From the NCBI RefSeq assembly GCF_000189555.1, contig NC_017276.1: DNA of 64,000 bases. One strand, given 5' to 3'. Below are positions 58,669-64,000 of the stretch, one piece after another. The notes beneath the pieces were generated by a model. The model did no database searches and was not told the DNA's origin. It saw nothing but the letters and a program-made list of their open reading frames with translations. Source of the stretch: Saccharolobus islandicus REY15A. GTDB lineage: Archaea > Thermoproteota > Thermoprotei_A > Sulfolobales > Sulfolobaceae. Numbering within the stretch: the stretch's first letter is position 1; each line of letters starts with the position of its first letter. Position numbers and translations under genes: made by a program.

Positions 58669-60725
58669 ACTTTTTTGTAACATTCTGGTTTTGCTTCGTA
58701 TATTATACCACTTTTTCTCATATCTGTAAGTAATTTTTCTATGTTACTTTTTTCGATACCAACTTGTTGTGCTTCTTTTAGTATATCCTTAACCTTTGCA
58801 CACTCTGAACTTACTGCTAAGCTATCTATTATTTCTAGTATTTTCATCATTTTCTCTCTAGCACTTTTAGGTTTTCCAGTCATTATCGTATCTATATCTA
58901 TTTTTCCACTTTCCATGTCAACTCCTACGCTTTCTAGGAATAGTCTCATTATATTTATGGCTCTTTCTGCATCCTCTCTGGTGACTTCTGTTTTGAGAGC
59001 CATTTTAGCATAAGCTTCTGAAATTCTTATTAAAGCCTCTAATTGTCTTGGAGTTATCAATATTGGGCTATCGGGAGTTTCCGAACTTTTCTTCCTCATC
59101 TCCACGAAGAAGTCTGTAATTAGATTCTTAGCTTCACTCGTAATTTTTGGTATAATATATTTCCTTGCATACGCTATATATTTTCTTAATGTATCTATAT
59201 CTATAATATTTTTTGTAGATTTTCCTGAATGTACATCTAATATATAGTTTGCAAGCTCTCTATCTTGTTCACCTGGTTGATCCTTTAATATGAATATTAG
59301 GTCAAATCTTGATAAGATTGTGGGAGGTAAGTTAATATTATCAGATACTGGCCTTTCGGTTATATATCTACCAAATTTTGGATTTCCCGCAGCAATAACT
59401 GCAGCTCTAGCGTTTAATTTAGCTACTATTCCAGCTTTCGCTATGGAAACTGTTTGCTGTTCCATTGCTTCATGAATGGCTACTCTATCTTCGTCTCTCA
59501 TCTTATCTATTTCATCTATTACAGCTATTCCACCATCAGCTAACACTAACGCACCAGCTTCTAAGTAATATTCTCCAGTTCCCTTTTCTCTCACTACTGC
59601 AGCTGTTAAGCCTGCAGCTGTGGATCCTTTACCAGTTGTGTAAACTGCCCTTGGAGCTACTCTCGAGATAAACTGTAGCATTTGTGATTTGGCGGTACCG
59701 GGATCACCTATTATTAAAATGTGAATATCTCCCCTTATTCTTGTATCTTCTAGAACCTTAGGAACTCCTCCAAATAATGCTAATGCTAGAGCTTCCTTTA
59801 ATTCCCAATGACCATAAATAGATGGCGCTATCGATGCTATAATTCTATCACGTATCCAAGGATCCTTAGCTAAGTCCTTGATCTTTTTCTCATCTTCTTC
59901 AGAGATTGTTACTTCATCTAGTACTTTTTGTGAAACTTCTATGCTACTAACTTTCATATAAATGTCGAATACCGCTCTACTTCCTCTTTTAATTGGAGAG
60001 TCTTGTTTTATCTCTAAAATTCCAGTTACTTTTACTCTATCCCCTGGCCTTGCAGAATCAACTAAATCGTCTTCAAGGATTATTTCTAACTGCCTAGGTA
60101 ACTGCCCGGAAGGTACTTCTTCTGGTCTCTCCTGGATTACCGCTTTTTGCCAATCAATTAACTTTGTTTTCTCTGGGATTAGCCTGAATTGTCCCGGCTT
60201 ACCACATTTTGGACATATGGTTGGCATCTCTAATATTTCTGGCATCTCTTCATCCTCTGGCCACTCAAACTCTTGCATGCAGTCTGGGTGAATGTGCTTA
60301 TAGGTTGCCTTGTAAATTCTTTCTTTTACCGGAGTAACTTTAACTAGTATTCCATCAATGGTTATTAGTTTATCTATATCAGTACTTCTTATTTTTCTAA
60401 GTTCTATAACTCTAGGTATTCCTACAATTCTAACGTGAACCTTTTCTATATCTCGCTGATATGTAGGATCCAATTGTAGGATATGATCATATAATGCACC
60501 TTCTAGAATCGGTAGAACGATTTTGGTGTTATTTATTATCTCATAAGCTAGATTTTCGTTGAATGAGAGTATATCGGAAAATTCTACTATAAGACTTTTT
60601 TTCCTATACGCTATTAGTTCATTTATTCTCTCAATATATTTGTTCTGATTGTTGGTATTCTTGAAAGTTGTTAGAAATTCTATAAAGAGGTCTCTATAGT
60701 CAATCTGTTTGCTAGGAATTTCCAA
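58665..60725 (-). CDS. mcm: Replicative helicase MCM
   Basis: Zn finger HIHPDC..CPKC, Walker A GDPGTAKSQ, STAAGLTA, IDEIDKM, arginine finger LSRFD. No intein seen (686 aa). Confidence 0.98.
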   Translation of the reverse strand: MEIPSKQIDYRDLFIEFLTTFKNTNNQNKYIERINELIAYRKKSLIVEFSDILSFNENLAYEIINNTKIVLPILEGALYDHILQLDPTYQRDIEKVHVRIVGIPRVIELRKIRSTDIDKLITIDGILVKVTPVKERIYKATYKHIHPDCMQEFEWPEDEEMPEILEMPTICPKCGKPGQFRLIPEKTKLIDWQKAVIQERPEEVPSGQLPRQLEIILEDDLVDSARPGDRVKVTGILEIKQDSPIKRGSRAVFDIYMKVSSIEVSQKVLDEVTISEEDEKKIKDLAKDPWIRDRIIASIAPSIYGHWELKEALALALFGGVPKVLEDTRIRGDIHILIIGDPGTAKSQMLQFISRVAPRAVYTTGKGSTAAGLTAAVVREKGTGEYYLEAGALVLADGGIAVIDEIDKMRDEDRVAIHEAMEQQTVSIAKAGIVAKLNARAAVIAAGNPKFGRYITERPVSDNINLPPTILSRFDLIFILKDQPGEQDRELANYILDVHSGKSTKNIIDIDTLRKYIAYARKYIIPKITSEAKNLITDFFVEMRKKSSETPDSPILITPRQLEALIRISEAYAKMALKTEVTREDAERAINIMRLFLESVGVDMESGKIDIDTIMTGKPKSAREKMMKILEIIDSLAVSSECAKVKDILKEAQQVGIEKSNIEKLLTDMRKSGIIYEAKPECYKKV

Positions 60726-61251
60726 TTATATCACCATACAATTCCTTAATAAGTTGTTTTATTGTTTTATAGATTAAAAGCTCTTCTTCTGTCATCCCGT
60801 TAATTAAGTTCTGATCATCGATGTTGAGAAATGCGAGCTGAATCAGTTTTCTTAGTCTTATTTTAATGATCTCATTCAGTATGCTTATTGATTTTCTAAG
60901 TTTTTCTAAACTCTCAACGTTCTTGTCTCTCTTTAAGGTTTCGAGATAAAGTTGTACTCTGCTTGAGAAATCCTTACCTAAGGGAACTAAAGATGCTGGT
61001 GTGTTCGCATTTTGTCTTTCTTGGAAAAGAATTCTTCCCAGATCTTCGATCGAAATTCTATCTTCTATTTTTGCTACGTTTTTTTCTTCTAAGATAATAG
61101 CTAACCATTGTGGTAACTGATTTTCGCTTCCTTTTATTAACTCAACGTTACCCGCTGTTATTGAGCTCCCATTCCAGTCCTCTATTATCATAACTCGGCG
61201 AATGTAAGTATTGGACAATCTTTTAATAGCTCTAAGTTTTACTTCAATCAC
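60712..61251 (-). CDS. gins23: GINS complex subunit Gins23
   Basis: B-then-A domain order, LPQWLA, RLRKLIQLA, MTEEE; immediately upstream of mcm with an overlap. Confidence 0.88.
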   Translation of the reverse strand: MIEVKLRAIKRLSNTYIRRVMIIEDWNGSSITAGNVELIKGSENQLPQWLAIILEEKNVAKIEDRISIEDLGRILFQERQNANTPASLVPLGKDFSSRVQLYLETLKRDKNVESLEKLRKSISILNEIIKIRLRKLIQLAFLNIDDQNLINGMTEEELLIYKTIKQLIKELYGDIIGNS

Positions 61252-61286
61252 AATCTATTTTTTCTTAATACAAAACCTTATATCTA

Positions 61287-61802
61287 ATGTGGCAGAACCC
61301 AAAGGCTCTTGTAACTACAAAACCTGGTAAAGGTCAGAAATGTATAAATGAAATTTTGAATAGGATACTTATAAAAGATATTGATGCGAGGGTTGTAGAG
61401 TATGTGCAAAACGTAATTCTCATTTACTCAAATTTAGACCCATTAGTAATTTATGGTCTACTTTTCGCTTCTCCTCCATCTTGTGCTGAAAAGGTATATC
61501 CATTTCAATCGATTATAAATGCCACTAACGAAAAGGAGATTGTTGTTAATGTAATGAATTTTATGAAAAATAGAGTAAAAGATATCAAAACTTTTTATGT
61601 TCGTTGTTATAGTAGGGGAATTAGTGTAGATTGTAGAGAAATTGAAATGGGAGTAGGGATAGGGCTAAAGGGTTTAATTAATGTTGATTTTAAAGATCCG
61701 GAGGTTATACTCCACGTTAATGTATTAAAGGAATTCACTGGGATATCGCTTTTGAGAAAGAATCAAGAAAAGTTTCGGACTACTCTCTTAGATAAAATAT
61801 AA
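61287..61802 (+). CDS. THUMP-domain RNA-binding protein
   Basis: KTFYVRCYSRG, VDFKDPEVILHVNV. Confidence 0.8.
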   Translation: MWQNPKALVTTKPGKGQKCINEILNRILIKDIDARVVEYVQNVILIYSNLDPLVIYGLLFASPPSCAEKVYPFQSIINATNEKEIVVNVMNFMKNRVKDIKTFYVRCYSRGISVDCREIEMGVGIGLKGLINVDFKDPEVILHVNVLKEFTGISLLRKNQEKFRTTLLDKI

Positions 61803-61837
61803 GGTAATACCGCTTAATTTAGATTGGGGTAAAAGTT

Positions 61838-63079
61838 TTGGTTTCAGCTAAGGATATACTTTCAGATAGTTTGAGATCATCAGTGTTAATAATCAAGCAT
61901 AAGGATAAGCTTTCGCCAGATTATGTGCCGGAAAATTTACCACATAGAGAAGAAAAGATTAAGGAATTAGGTTTCGTATTTAGAGATTTACTAGCTGGAG
62001 ATGCTAAAGATTCAGAAAGAGTTGTAATAGTAGGTAGGACAGGTACTGGGAAAACAGCAACTGTTAGATTGTTTGGTAAAAATTTTGAAGATATTGCGGA
62101 GAGAGAGTACGGAGTTAAAGTAAAGTATGTTCATGTAAATTGTTATAGGCATAGAACATTGTACTTGATAAGTCAAGAAATAGCTAACGCGTTAAAACTA
62201 CCAATACCGTCGAGGGGATTATCAGCACAAGAAGTATTTAAGATTATCCATGAATATTTAGATAGGAGAAATATACATCTAATAGTTGCATTAGATGAGT
62301 TTGGACATTTCCTGAATACTGCAAATACTGAGGAAATATACTTCTTAGTAAGATTGTATGATGAAATATCAGCAATAATAAAGAGAATTAGTTATATATT
62401 TATAGTTAATGAAAGCCATTCTATTTATAAATTAGATAGAAGTATAAGGGATCATATAGCAAGAAGATTAATTGAATTTCCCCCTTACAGGTCTATGGAA
62501 CTTTATGATATTTTGAAGTATAGGGTAGATGAAGCTTTTAATGATAATGCTGTAGATGATGAGGTATTACAATTCATATCAAATACTTATGGCTATGATA
62601 AAGGGGGTAATGGTAATGCCAGAATTGCAATAGAGACTCTAAGTTTAGCTGGAGAAATAGCAGAGAAGGAGGGATCACCAGTGGTATTGTTAGATCATGC
62701 TAAGAAGGCTAATTCTACAATAAATCCAGAGATTCAAGAGATTGTGGATAGTTTATCGTATCTTGATTTGCATCAACTTATACTCTTGAAAGCGTTAATA
62801 CGGGTTTTAAATAAGAGTAAAGCTGATGAGGTTACAATGGGAACCTTAGAAGAGGAATATATATCATTAGCCAGAGAGTTTAATGAGGAACCTAGAAGAC
62901 ATACACAAGTTTATGAGTATCTGAGGAAACTTAAGGTAATAGGGATAATTAATACTAGGCAGAGTGGGAAGGGAATGAGAGGAAGAACGACTCTAGTTTC
63001 CCTTTCTCTACCATTAGATAAAAGATTAGATGATTATATTATGCAACAAATAGTGGTGAGGTTAAAATCGAAGGCTTAA
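61838..63079 (+). CDS. cdc6: Orc1/Cdc6 family protein (Orc1-2/Cdc6-2)
   Basis: PENLPHRE, Walker A GRTGTGKT, Walker B ALDEF, C-terminal winged helix. TTG start with SD GGGGT. Location next to gins23-mcm indicates the -2 paralog (recalled). Confidence 0.92.
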   Translation: MVSAKDILSDSLRSSVLIIKHKDKLSPDYVPENLPHREEKIKELGFVFRDLLAGDAKDSERVVIVGRTGTGKTATVRLFGKNFEDIAEREYGVKVKYVHVNCYRHRTLYLISQEIANALKLPIPSRGLSAQEVFKIIHEYLDRRNIHLIVALDEFGHFLNTANTEEIYFLVRLYDEISAIIKRISYIFIVNESHSIYKLDRSIRDHIARRLIEFPPYRSMELYDILKYRVDEAFNDNAVDDEVLQFISNTYGYDKGGNGNARIAIETLSLAGEIAEKEGSPVVLLDHAKKANSTINPEIQEIVDSLSYLDLHQLILLKALIRVLNKSKADEVTMGTLEEEYISLAREFNEEPRRHTQVYEYLRKLKVIGIINTRQSGKGMRGRTTLVSLSLPLDKRLDDYIMQQIVVRLKSKA

Positions 63080-63096
63080 TCTATAATTCATCTAAA

Positions 63097-63316
63097 ATGA
63101 AGATATTATCTATATTGATAAAGCATGGTGATATGAATATCACTAAATTATATAGATTGTCTAAGATCCATTACGATAAATTAAGAAGGGAACTGGAAGA
63201 TTTGCAGAAGATGAGTCTAGTTGAAGTAATAGGTAGTGATAAAAAAATAGTTAGATTAAACTACTCTAACCCTAAAGTAGTAATCTTAATTAACCTATTG
63301 GAAGAGTTGGATAAAA

Positions 63317-63333
<17 letters not shown>
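63097..63333 (+). CDS. Small winged-helix protein
   Basis: MNITKLYRLSKIHYDKLRRELEDLQKMSLVEV. Confidence 0.65.
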
Positions 63334-63999
<666 letters not shown>

Positions 64000-64000
64000 A

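Noticed and set aside
61266-61272. TGTATTA near the gins23-mcm promoter, and GGTATTA before orc1-2, as aCcr1 boxes
   Set aside because: One-mismatch matches to an AT-rich 7-mer are expected very often by chance.

Overview
Core-genome segment of a Sulfolobaceae crenarchaeon. Protein sequences and gene order look like Saccharolobus (Sulfolobus) islandicus/solfataricus; this is recognition from memory, not a database search. It is AT-rich and gene-dense, and I saw no IS element, integrase or CRISPR array. Contents in order: sufC (partial), an AbrB-PhoU regulator, hsp20, PAC2, the divergent glycine-cleavage operons, enolase, the cdvA-cdvB-cdvC(vps4) division operon, topA, rpo6, serC/serA, ogg, valS, aspC, the trpBADFEGC operon, acyP, ino1, ppsA, a second ESCRT-III (cdvB2-like), ubiD, thrC-ask-asd-PHP-nreA, argF, whiP with the adjacent oriC3-like intergenic region, thermosome alpha, argS, tRNA-Arg(UCG), tRNA-Leu(UAG), tmk, clp1, a RadA paralog, carS, mcm, gins23, orc1-2/cdc6-2, moaC and rfcL (partial). 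The best candidates for unannotated biology are four. (1) A 39-codon upstream ORF with 8 Ser codons in its last 12, placed between the promoter and the serA-serC serine biosynthesis genes; it looks like an amino-acid-sensing leader peptide, a mechanism barely described in archaea. (2) Two box C/D guide RNAs bracketing the cdv operon, one with a guide complementary to the tRNA-Lys(UUU) anticodon loop and one embedded in the topA 3' end. (3) AGTATTA cell-cycle boxes at cdvA, at cdvB2 and inside the oriC3 region. (4) A tandem FYVE-like zinc-finger gene overlapping the end of inositol-1-phosphate synthase.
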